Origin: Octopus sinensis
Taxonomy: Eukaryota
Assembly: GCF_006345805.1 (NCBI RefSeq)
Contig: NC_043003.1
Location: forward strand, 75,206,001 to 75,270,000
Length of the DNA: 64,000 nt
Reading direction: 5' to 3'
The notes below the pieces were generated by a model. That model searched no databases, was not told the DNA's origin, and worked only from the letters and a program-made list of their open reading frames with translations. This document shows positions 36,548 through 48,790 of this stretch, in pieces (position 1 is the first letter of the stretch; every line of letters starts with the position of its first letter). The position numbers and the translations under genes are program-made.

Positions 36548-36793
36548 ATTGAATGTATATATATATTATTCAAAGAAATTGCAACTCTGTTTTTTATGTT
36601 TTATTTGTATTCTTTATAATATTAATGTAGAATTATTATATATTCTATATTCTACATTAATATCATAAAGAATATAGATAAAACATAAAAAACAGAATTG
36701 GAATTCCTTTGAATAATATATATATCCCTGTATACTCAATCATACAAACCCCTTTATATATATATATATTATATTATATATATATATATATAT

Positions 36794-36829
<36 letters not shown>

Positions 36830-36836
36830 TATTATG

Positions 36837-36908
<72 letters not shown>

Positions 36909-36962
36909 ACATATATATATATATGTATATATAATATATATATATATATATATATTTATATG

Positions 36963-36995
<33 letters not shown>

Positions 36996-37014
36996 TTATA
37001 TGTATATATATATA

Positions 37015-37057
<43 letters not shown>

Positions 37058-37070
37058 ATATATATATATG
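36530..37070. repeat. (CT)n and long interrupted (TA)n microsatellites
   Basis: Directly visible. Confidence 0.9.
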
Positions 37071-37677
37071 CGCATACACACGAAAAGATATACATATGTT
37101 CGTCTAGTAGGTTAGGCAGTAACTGTACATTGACCAACGGCCTAATTGAAGAGTATCGTCCAAAGTGAATTCGGCAAGCATAGGTATAAACAACAAAAAA
37201 TGGATATTTTTGGAAACATGCAAATAAAATTCTTTGAAGGAAAAGTATATCAGAAAATGTGTGAAACTCTCTTGTTATCAATATGTATCAGAATATTTTT
37301 TTAATAGTATATGCATGTGTTTCTGATAACATTATAGAAAGCCAATGACCTCGAAAGTTTAAGAGACCGTGTGACATAGCTTCTCTGACACAACGGGTGC
37401 GGGCCTATAATACACAAAAAAACCTTTTGTATAGTGTAATTTAGTCGAAAAATTATTAAACACAGAGTGTGATTTTACAGAAACGGTTAATTTGATTTAT
37501 GAGCGATGTACAGGGAACAATGAGATATTAAATAAACATATAAAACCAGTGAAAACCACGACCCATGAACATTGTTTTGAGTCTTATATATATATATATA
37601 TATAACAAACATATTCGTCGAATTCATATCATCATCACATTTTATCTGGATAGGCGATATTATAAAATTTCTTAAGG

Positions 37678-37860
37678 AGAGGAGCTGGCTGAATAGTTGG
37701 CCCGACGGCAAAATGCTCCGGTAGAAAGTGTTTTCCAGGGCGACACTGCTTTCCATCCTTTCAGGCCCGTTAAAAGAAGCACGAGTTGAATGCTGTGGTC
37801 TATGTAAACGAGTTAACCCCACCCCAAAAGTGCTGGCATTATGCCAAAATTTGAAACCGA
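37678..37860 (+). mobile_element. Degenerate SINE family B
   Basis: ggagctggctgaatagttggc..aaaatgctc..ttccatcctttc..gtgctggcattatgccaaaatttgaaacc. Confidence 0.7.
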
Positions 37861-37939
37861 CGCAATAGGAAGTTTCAATTCAATATTTTTACAGAAACAT
37901 ACGTATGTTTTGTTTTGTTCCTTCTCAAACCATGTCTGG

Positions 37940-38105
37940 CTCATAAGGGGCGGTTTCGCGGTTTCCTGGGCGTATAGGTTCCCCACCTGGACGGGTCACC
38001 GGTGAGCTGCAATATGCAGGAGGAAAGAGTGAGAGAAATTTGTGGCGAAAGAGTCAGCAGAAGTTCGCCATTACCTTCTGCCGGAGCCGCGTGGAGCTTA
38101 GTTGA
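37940..38105 (-). mobile_element. SINE family C fragment
   Basis: gagtgagagaaatttgtggcgaaagagtcagcagaagttcgccattaccttctgccggagccgcgtggagc is shared with 47050-47120. Confidence 0.8.
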
Positions 38106-38469
38106 TAAGTACGTATGCATGTTTATATGCCGGCATGTAGATATATATATAAAAGAGATACATAGCAGTAACAATAAAAGATGACCACAAAGATATACAT
38201 ATCATTTTAATGAAAATACACTACGTGAGATTTCTATATTAACATCGTGATGGCCAAAGTTTTAAATAAGTTTGTTACCAACGTTTTTTAAAAATATTTA
38301 AACTTACAAGTTGTGTAATGTACAAGAGAAAATTAGTTTCATGACTCTGATACTACCGGAGGACGAAATCTTTAAACACATAAACATGAAATTGACGATA
38401 ATGGTTTCTTTCCACAACGTATCCAATTAAAGTAGTTAATACAATTATACTGGCATAATAATTACCAAA

Positions 38470-38768
38470 ATGTATGTATTTTTAAAAACAAATATTTGAA
38501 TTATGTCACTGATAGTGTGACAATAATGATTAGTGGAATCCCTTGGGCTGAAATTATATTAGCATCAAATAATAAAAATAATAATTAGAACTTCATCAAC
38601 GAATAAATTAAGATGTGATAAGAGCAAATTAAAATATCAAATATTGTCATGGAAATTAAGACAAAACGAATTTTAAAACTGTCTTTACTTCTGTTAAATG
38701 TTTTAGCACTTATCTAAAGTACATGAACATATGTGAACAGACATACACCCACATATTTGTGTTTGTAA

Positions 38769-38807
<39 letters not shown>

Positions 38808-38958
38808 TATATACATATATGTATATACGTATATAGCTATGTATATATATACATATGTATATACATACATATATATATAAATATGTATGTATGTGTGTGT
38901 ATATGTATATATGTATATGTATATATATATACATATATATACATATATATATATATAT

Positions 38959-38990
<32 letters not shown>

Positions 38991-38992
38991 AT

Positions 38993-39031
<39 letters not shown>

Positions 39032-39063
39032 TATATTATATATATATATATAATATATATATC

Positions 39064-39094
<31 letters not shown>

Positions 39095-39110
39095 ATATAT
39101 ATATATGTAT

Positions 39111-39162
<52 letters not shown>

Positions 39163-39395
39163 ATTTAAAATAAGGGTGATTATTTTGATTAACATCAATT
39201 TAAACTAATAGTGTAGAATATTAAAATCTGAAGGTTCAGAAAGTTGGATTACATATATATGAAAGGGATGACTACTACCTGGACAACCCTTATGCTAGAA
39301 GTAGAACCGCTATGGTTTTACAACTAAAAACCAAATCATTATTGTCACACTATCAGTGACATAATTCAAATATTTGTTTTTAAAAATACATACAT
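38470..39395. repeat. Perfect 62-bp inverted repeat (38470-38531 / 39334-39395) around a (TA)n-rich spacer
   Basis: atgtatgtatttttaaaaacaaatatttgaattatgtcactgatagtgtgacaataatgatt and its exact reverse complement. Confidence 0.95.
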
Positions 39396-39809
39396 AAAAA
39401 ACATATATATATGTACATATATATATATAAAAACAATGTGCTCAAGAAAATTTAGCAAACACCAGAACGTAAGCGACCAAAACAAGTGAAAAGTAACAAA
39501 AATGTAGATTAACCATAAACATGTATCGCTATCAACAGTTACGTAATTTTACAAACGCAATTTCTCCGTAGATATTCAGTATGTTCGTCCTTACAAATAT
39601 TATATGCAGAACTATACACGAGACGTCCGCATGAAGTTGGAGGTGTATATAGTTCTACCTGTTACACTTGTGGTTATTTTTTAAATATTCTCCTTTTTGC
39701 GCGCTAAAATACCGGGAATAATACTGCAGAAAATAATTCTCAGCAGTGGCATTTGCCGGTTAGAGAACGCATTTATTTAAATTTAAATTTAAAATGAGGT
39801 TGAAAAAAG

Positions 39810-39876
39810 GGATATTAATTTGATTAACATCAATTTAAAAACCATAATATCCTTGATGTTAATCAAATTAATATCC
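39810..39876. repeat. 24-bp perfect hairpin with 19-nt loop
   Basis: ggatattaatttgattaacatcaa (39810-39833) / ttgatgttaatcaaattaatatcc (39853-39876). Confidence 0.9.
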
Positions 39877-40124
39877 ATTTTTCATTTATATCCATTGCAC
39901 ACGGCTATCTATATACATACATACACTCAAATATATATATTTGAGATGCAGCACGGATTTTTGTCAGTGAACAGGTTGTGGTCTTATAGCGACGAAAATA
40001 TTTTGACGAATTAAACTTAAATGTTGAAGTGAATAGAGCGGCTTTTGTATGTTTCTTAAATGGCTTACATACACCTTCCACGCTGAAATTGTTATATATA
40101 TATATTATATATATATATATTATA

Positions 40125-40158
<34 letters not shown>

Positions 40159-40159
<1 letters not shown>

Positions 40160-40764
40160 CTTTTCCTTGGTGCTGGCCAGATTGGAGCCATCACGAGTAT
40201 AACCAGCCGAAATTGCAAATATAATCTGGAACTCGACTGAGGATAGAAAACTCCGAATGACCCGTCCTTGGATTCCTTGTATCGTCTGTCTGAATATTTT
40301 GTCTTCCTGATTTTGTTTCAAAATACAAAAATGGGTCAAGAACGCAAAACATCCAGACAGTTAGGTGAAACAAAATAAGGAAGACTAAATATTTAGACAG
40401 ACGATACAACGAAAACAAGGACGGATCATTCGGAGTTTTCTTTCCTCAGTCGAGCTCCAGATTCTCTTTGCAATTTCGGCTGGTTATACTCGCGATGGCT
40501 CCAATCTTGACAGCCCTAAGGAAAAGTAAGCTACGAATATTACATTCCAGCGAATGTATACGAAACAAGGACGGAAAAAAAAACATAAATGTTACACTCG
40601 AGTATAACCAGCCGAAATTGCAAAGATAATCTGGAACTGGACTAAGGATAAAAAAATCCGAATGATCCCTCCTTGTTTTCCTTGTATCGTCTGTCTGGAT
40701 ATTTTGATTTTATTCTTTTGTTTCACCAAACTGTTTGGATGCTTTGCCTTCTTGTCCCATTTTT
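40159..40764. repeat. Three copies (+,-,+) of a ~170-200-bp repeat flanked by (TA)n; probable PLE terminal-repeat cluster
   Basis: Core gagtataaccagccgaaattgcaaa..atctgga.ctcgact.agga..ccgaatga in 40159-40320 (+), 40327-40527 (-) and 40599-40764 (+). Confidence 0.85.
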
Positions 40765-40815
40765 ATATATATGATATAGCGGCGTACTTACACTTTGTTC
40801 GATTATATATATTTA

Positions 40816-40892
<77 letters not shown>

Positions 40893-41233
40893 CCTAGAAT
40901 TTGGCAAGTGACATTTGAGATCATAATACCCTCGGTGCAAAGTTTACCTCACCAAAACTCTTCACGTCATGTTTCTCGTGTACACTCAGCAGTGAGTGGG
41001 TAATCGTGCAATTGTTTTGCTGACAGAGATAGTAATGGGTTTGTGTAAGTGCGTGTGTGCATAGACTTTGCGTCCGAAACTTTGTACATTGTGTCAGTTT
41101 TTGTCCCCATCACTAACTGATAATCCTTGTTGGTTTGTTTACGGCCCTGAAAATTTATATGAATATGTGTATATATACATATATATATATATATAGAGAG
41201 AGAGATAAATAGACAGATATATAGATATACATA

Positions 41234-41270
<37 letters not shown>

Positions 41271-41704
41271 GCACAAATAAATATATTCATATACATTTAT
41301 TCATAAATTCATACATTCACACCTATGTGTGTGTGTGTGTATGAAAAGATTGAAATCTATTTAATCCTTAACTTTGGAGGGTTCCAAAGGGCAATTGCTA
41401 GCAAAGATTCTTCTCATTTTGCTGGTAGCTTACTGGCGTAAGATTTTTGCGAATATGACAATATTACATGTATATGGTGCGTTATGAGAATTTATGGAAA
41501 GGTTTCCTATAGAAACTAAAGACATTTGTTAAAGATGTAGACGGGAAGATGTTAATATTCGAAAGAATTTTAATACATACTTACGATCGTTACAAACAGC
41601 AATATTAACATTTAAATTCATGGTAGAATAATTAAAATTAATTTGATTTAATTAAATTAATTACATATCACTGTTCTCCTCAGTGGAATACGAAATATAT
41701 ATAT

Positions 41705-41995
41705 ATACATATACATCGGTGGTATGAAGAAGTCTATTAAATTAAGAATAAATAACCATAGATCTTCCTTTAATGGCCCTAGAAAAGCGAATAGCACAGG
41801 TATATCTCAAGAAAAATTGGCAACTCAAAGAAACAAAATAGATTACTCAATATCTTGCAAAATCCTATCTTCAGCCCCATCTTATAGATATAATAAGACA
41901 ATTTGTAGGTTAAGTCTGGAAGAAATTTATAATATAATGAGAATGAATAGTATTCTTGTTAATACTAGGAATGAGAAAGTGTTTTTCATGTAAAC
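41705..41995 (+). mobile_element. Penelope-like GIY-YIG endonuclease fragment
   Basis: TYIGGMKKSIKLRINNHRSSF..NSTGIS..IDYSISCKILSSAPSY..ICRLSLEE..LVNTRNE. Confidence 0.85.
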
Positions 41996-42491
41996 ACATG
42001 TCTAAATTCCTGTTAATTAATCTTAATTTTAATATCATTTCTCTTTCTAATATCTCTATATATTAACTCTTTCTATGGAATTCTATTATTAATAATCAAA
42101 TACTCTGCACATCACTTTATCTTACAGTATATATATTTATGATTTAACAATCCCCTCTTATATTTACATGACCCACCTCATATCGGGCTAACATTTTCTC
42201 CAAATCTCCATAAATCTCCCTTTCTCTCAATATAATCTTATATCGTACCTTAGAATATAATATCTCTTTCTTTTCTGCAATTTATTTAAATTGCAAAAGA
42301 TACACTTAACTCTCCTCACTAGCATATTCCAATTAATATTGTTTAATGTTATTGGCCAATCTATCTGATATTTAATTACAGCTTACAGCTGATATATGCA
42401 AACTCACATGACACTCATTTGTGCCAAACAATGGGGGCATACATAGATATCAATATTATTTGTCATTATGTGTGTACAACAATTTTATTTA

Positions 42492-42529
<38 letters not shown>

Positions 42530-43912
42530 GTGTGTAATTATTAACTATATTTTATCACCAATTAGTATTTTTATATAAACGTGTGCACATATACGTATGC
42601 CCACCCACACAAGCATACATATACATATGTATATACATATACACCACTATATGGACATACATATAAATAAATATGTACGTATTAATGTATATTTGTATAT
42701 AACGTGTTTTATTTGTGTGGGTAATTATAATTATATCAAGATCCATTTGGCTTTTTCGTCTCTTTGCACTGGTATAAGTATACTTATTTTTCTTTTGCGG
42801 TGTTCTTTCTTTCATATACACGCTCAAATAAAACAACTTACAAGATAGCTAGAATATGTAATTCCATGTATACTATTTCTAGATATGTTCTCTGCAAATG
42901 AATCAGTGCACACTACAAAAATGTTTCCCATTATAAGATTTATTTATATATATATAAATTATTTGTGTATATTTCAGTATACTTATGTGCACCCAATGAT
43001 CCACATATAAATAAAATTGTTTTTCTTATATTCACATTGCACAATAACCTTATATTAGTGAAGCACTCATTACTTACATAATATAACTCTATACTTCCCT
43101 CTCACTTTATGCCAAGTTAGATGCTTAACTCACATTTTTATTTCTACATAAACATAGTCAACCAACTAAATATCGATAATTACAATTTAAAGAATATTTA
43201 TTACATTTTCCTATCTTTATTATCTCCCTACATTGTTTATTTTCAGTCTTACAATATCTATTATTCTCCGGAACGTTGTTTTAATATTTATAGCCACAGG
43301 AAGTATTTACTATCTTAATTCTGTAATATTAGCAACTGATTTTACTATTTTTTTAATATTTTACATTGCATTTAATACACACAAATGAATATAGGTTCCA
43401 ACACTATCACATTTCCATTATATGATAGCTCTTGAAGTATTTCTACTAACTCTTATTCTCGTTTCATTCTAGCAGCCTAATATATAACTATATTCACTAG
43501 TTTAATTTCATTCTCACAATAAAAGAAAAATTAAATATACACCATACCCAATATTACTTATAACTGTGAAGTCATATCTTAAGTGAGACATAGCATTTTT
43601 CTCCCATATATTCAAATAACCATTAGTTTTAGTTTATACTCAATAACCCTATTTCCTTCATCACGTCTTCTGTAATAATGTTCTTTTTGTGCGTTATACT
43701 TCTTGCACTGGGAAGAATATGGAATTAATTTAATTTAATCAAATCAATTTTAGTTATTATACCATGTCTTTACAGGTTAATATCGCTGTTTGAAACGATC
43801 GTTCGCTTGTACGAAAACTCTTTCACATTTTAACATAATTTCTTCTGCATTTTTAACAAATTCGTTGAGTTTTTTTAGTATACCATTCCATATATTCCCA
43901 TAACTCACTATA

Positions 43913-43914
<2 letters not shown>

Positions 43915-43979
<65 letters not shown>

Positions 43980-44013
43980 GTTATTATTATTATTAGTATT
44001 ATTATTATATAAT

Positions 44014-44073
<60 letters not shown>

Positions 44074-44110
44074 CTCTGTATATATACTGTATATAAATAT
44101 ATATATATGC
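43915..44110. repeat. (TAT)n then (TA)n microsatellite
   Basis: Directly visible. Confidence 0.95.
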
Positions 44111-45188
44111 GCTTTCGCGCGCGAACAGATATCTATATGTGTGTGTGCGTGTGTGTGATTGTGTGTAAAATCTGTTTAGTGGAATTTTAATAGATTTGAA
44201 TATTTTAGCACCATAATGTTTTAATTATTAGTAACCATTGTTTGAAACCACGTTTTAAACCATTTTATATTTGTATTTTAATACGTTGTCATTTATATCA
44301 TTTAGTAACGCTAAGTATTTTTTGTGTCTAATTTATGTTGTGACTAAACGTTCAATGATGGTCATAGTTACTATGTCTATATTTCTCTGTGTTGAAACAT
44401 GGGAATTAAAGATGTTTACGTATAGTGACTCACAAACAGACGTATGTATTTATGCGTGTTTTGTGTATATGTGTGTGTTTTGGATTTCTCTTCCGCCTAT
44501 GAGTTTCTGTTTTTGTGTATGTGTACAAGAATCGAGAATATGACAATATTGTGAATACGTCAAGGCAATATATTGTATAAGATTAAAATGGGAAATCTCA
44601 AAATAAATCTAAATAGCATGAGCGAATAAAAATATGTGCATTTTCATGAAGAAAACGTTAAACTCATTTAGCTCTTGTTAAGATTCATAGGAGTATAGAA
44701 AAATGTTTTAAAAATCCAAATCTGAAGAAGACTTCTAGAATTGATTCAGCTAATAATCTAGTATTTAACATCATTTTTCATTTAAATGGTTTCTTTGTGG
44801 TAATATTTAGCGATGTTATGAACTGAGTGTAAATAGAAGACGGGGGATATAAATCACATAATAACCAAAGAGATTGGACTTGTGCTCTATTGTTAAAGCT
44901 AATAAAGTTGATTATAGACCAGGAATCGGCGAGAAATATCAAGGCAAATAGTTGATTCCAATTGTTCGTCAAGAGAATAAGTTATACCAATCAAAATACT
45001 TAAATGTTCTAATGTGGATATATTTCAATCAAGACAATAGAATTTGATCCACGAGTGAAGGCGAAATCAAAAACGTGAAATGAATAGAATAATTGTATAG
45101 ATGAAGTGAGTTCAGCGTATATAATACGCACACACGCACACCTACACACACGAATACACTCATAAATGCATAAACATATCACACTTTC

Positions 45189-45238
<50 letters not shown>

Positions 45239-45569
45239 TTCATATTACACAGACATATGCGCATCATTCATATAAATGTACATACACAAACATACATACT
45301 GACACAAACACACATATATGTATATATATAGAAAGAGAGAGTTAGGCAGATAGATAGATAAACAAAGAGAGAGTGGGAGAAAGATAAGTTCAATTAATTT
45401 ACTTAGTTCACATGGAGTGTCAATGGGATTGTATATCGAATTGGAATTTCGTTCTGCGAGGAAGCCAAATAGATTTAGGTGACAGGTTGTAAATTATATA
45501 ATACGTGCATTGATAGAAATTTAGACAGATGCAAGTGCTCACAATTTCACACACGTATATACTTACATA

Positions 45570-45627
<58 letters not shown>

Positions 45628-46824
45628 AGTGTGTGTGTGTGTATGTGTGTGTGTGTGTTACCTCGTCAGTTTTAAAGTGTGTACATAGATGTAATGAAAT
45701 ATTGGAATGCATGTATGTTAAATATACACTATATAATATAATCGACTTACATGTATGTAGGTAGATATTCATGGGAGTGTGCAAGTGTTCGAATGTGTGC
45801 ATATATATGTATGTATGTATTTATGCATGTATGCATGTCGGCATATGCGTGCGTCTGTTATGGAGAATAATTTTTTTTTCAAGAAGCACAGTAGATCCAT
45901 ATAAATATATTGCGTGTATATTTAATGCCCGATACACCTCTTGCCCATCTACAAACTTTCTGCAACTTACCGCTTCATCATTTTGTTCTGCATATTACAG
46001 GTCCTCAGGACGTCTTATTATAAATAACAGTAATCTACAACGGTTCGTATAGAAAGAAACGAATACCTCCATGTTAAATGGATTGCAGCTGTCTCTAAAC
46101 TTAATCGAATTTAATGACAGTTATCACAGTGAGTATTTCTATGAATTCTATGATTTAAAAAGTTGCATATTCTAGACATGATTCATACTGGATCTGCAAT
46201 CTGAAAAATCTAACGGATTGACTCGTCTTTAATAAATCTTTTAATCACCGGCCTATAATCAACTTTTATGTGAACGAATAACGAATTATACTGATAAATA
46301 GAGCGTAGACACACTCATAATTTGCATTATTTCTGTATAGAATAATGTGTATTATAATGTAGTAATATATTTTCATAATCAATCAAATTAGGTTCTGTAT
46401 GCCTTTAGATCAAAGCTGGGCTTGAAATGTAGGGTTTTCGAATGAGCTAATTTGCTTGCATTTTATACAAAGCAGATTTGGATATTTCCCTTAATAGTTG
46501 TCTATAATAACTGTCCATAAGGTTGTCTAAGAAATACGTTTTCTCTGTGTAGTAATACGTTTTTGAATCAGTATTTATTTTATTGTTTTGGTGATGTCCA
46601 TTAATGCTTACACTCCTATCATACTTTATTGGGTAGATCCATTGGTAAATAGATTATAGATTTGACTGACTTCTGGACATCCTTCGTTTCCAGTGAATTT
46701 TTTCAAGTTTCAGTCACTAATTGTATAGGCTATTTCTAGCATATAATTCGAATGTATACGGATACATACATGAGACATGCTGAGCTGTTACTCTTTGTGA
46801 TCGATCTTTTTTTTTTGTAAATAA

Positions 46825-47228
46825 TGTTATCATCATGTTTAGTACTCGTGACACTCCATCGTTTTCAACGACGAGGGTTCCAGTTGATCCGATCAACAGA
46901 ACAGCCTGATCTTGAAATTAACGTGCAAGTGCCTGAGCACTTCACAGACAAGTGTACCCTTTACGTAGTTTTCGGGGAGATTCAGTGTGACACAGAGTGT
47001 GACAAGGCTGGCCGTTTGAAATACAGGTATAACAGAAACATGGAGAGAGAGTGAGAGAAAGTTGTGGTGAAAGAGTACAGCAGGGTTCGCCACCACCTCC
47101 TGCCGGAGCCTCGTGGAGTTCTAGGTGTTTTCGCTCAATAAACACTTACAACGTACTGTCTGGTAATCGAAACCGCGCTCCTACGACCGCGAAACCGCTG
47201 CCTTAACCACTGGGTCATTGCGCCACCA
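46825..47228 (-). mobile_element. Near full-length tRNA-derived SINE (family C)
   Basis: Minus-strand head gtggcgcaatgacccagtggttaaggcagcgg..gcgcggtttcgatt has A-box- and B-box-like motifs; body shared with 37940-38105 and 48640-48790. Confidence 0.85.
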
Positions 47229-47499
47229 ATGTTTAGTAATATCGACTAGAAAAATGGCAGGCATACTGATATCCACAGAATTACATGTGTTCTTCCAGAT
47301 ATTTCCTCCCACCGTCTAACTGAAATAAATAATTCTTATTCCGATATAGCAGGAACATATTTCAATGTGTGTTTTGTGTTAATCGAGACACATTGTCCAT
47401 TTTTAATAATGTTTACCGGCTCTACGGTTCCGAGAGCTGTCAAGAAACTTTCCAGCCTATCGAGATATGCTTGTATTTAATTCTACATTGGTTTCAAAT

Positions 47500-47705
47500 T
47501 TTAGTACAATGTCATCAATTTCGGAAGAGGTATTAATTCAATTACACCGGTCCCATTATTGAACTTCCATTTATTTGTTCGATCCAGGGAGAAGGAAAGG
47601 TCAAGTCGACCCCGGTGGCATTTGAACTCAGGACGTAAAGATAGGCAAAATGCTACTAGACATTTTACCAGACATGCTAACGATTCTAATGACTCGCTGC
47701 CATAC
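47500..47705 (-). mobile_element. SINE family B
   Basis: aaggtcaagtcgaccccggtggcatttgaactcaggacgtaaag..cattttaccagacatgctaacgattc is the reverse complement of the family B head and body. Confidence 0.8.
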
Positions 47706-48639
47706 AAGTTTAATATAATATTAGTAATTCTATTATACACTTGTGGCATATTCGATGTAATATTCGTGGGTAGTAACACGCTCTTAGAAAACAGATGCTC
47801 CTCACGAGTAATTATCGGTACATTTTATCAAATCATACTCTTGGTTAAGACACTTTTTGTTAAACCTTCTTTATGTCATCTGTTGGAATTAGCGTTTTAG
47901 ATATGTATTACCTGGGCTATAAAATGTGCTTCATAAGTCCCAAAGAGACGACGGTGTGGAATGTGTACTCAATAATCTACAACGTCCTTGTGCATGTTGA
48001 CTGGTGAGGCGTCGGATATTACATTCTAAACTGAAGCTTTACTACATATGTATCACCCAGCACAGTTATTAAGAGAAATGAAGCTAATCATGCAGTTCGA
48101 GTTTCAATGTAATGGTGAAGTCTTTTAAGTTTTGCGTGAAGTGAACAAGTTTATTTCTCTCCATGCGCTCCTCCCACCACACTACTGCTATTTTTCAAAC
48201 TAACTACTCAATTTAATTAACGTACTTACATTATTACACGTTTCCTCTTTGGATACCAGAATACTATTTTGGAAATATTTGACGATACTGCACATGGTTA
48301 CTTTGTCAGTGTCTTCACTGCAGTTTGACCGGCATGACGCTTATTTTTCTTGGCAACGTGCCTTGTGAATGTTGCATTTATGCATTCTTGACAACATAAA
48401 TGCGTTAATGTGTATCGTTGTAAAATATTAAACATTCATGTATAAGAGTGCGAAGAGACACCAGGCTGAAACTACGGAAAAATCTGATATTGTTTGAGGC
48501 AAATACAACTGCTTTTCTCGAACGTTTCCTAACTCAGAGTGACTTGTGTGTTCGTCACATTCAACAAACGAAATCTTTACTGACTAAAAGGTAATTGCAA
48601 ATTTAGTTATACCTGTTGTTCATAGGGACATTGGGTCAG

Positions 48640-48790
48640 CCTAATCACATTCTGGGTGACGCTAAATCTCCTTGAAAACAACGTATACGTATATCTGTGT
48701 AATGCACAGCCACTTGCACGTTAATTTCACGAGCAGGCTGTTTCGTTGAACGGAACATGAACAGCACTCTTCGTTGTAACTGACGTAGTA
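48640..48790 (+). mobile_element. SINE family C 3' fragment
   Basis: gtgacgctaaatctcc..cagccacttgcacgttaatttcacgagcaggctgtttcgttgaacgg is the reverse complement of 46850-46990. Confidence 0.8.

Noticed and set aside
47150-47228. tRNA-like sequence (also SINE heads at 10.2/12.5, 21.9 and 26.4 kb)
   Set aside because: A/B-box heads continuous with SINE bodies; no complete cloverleaf could be drawn, so not called tRNA genes
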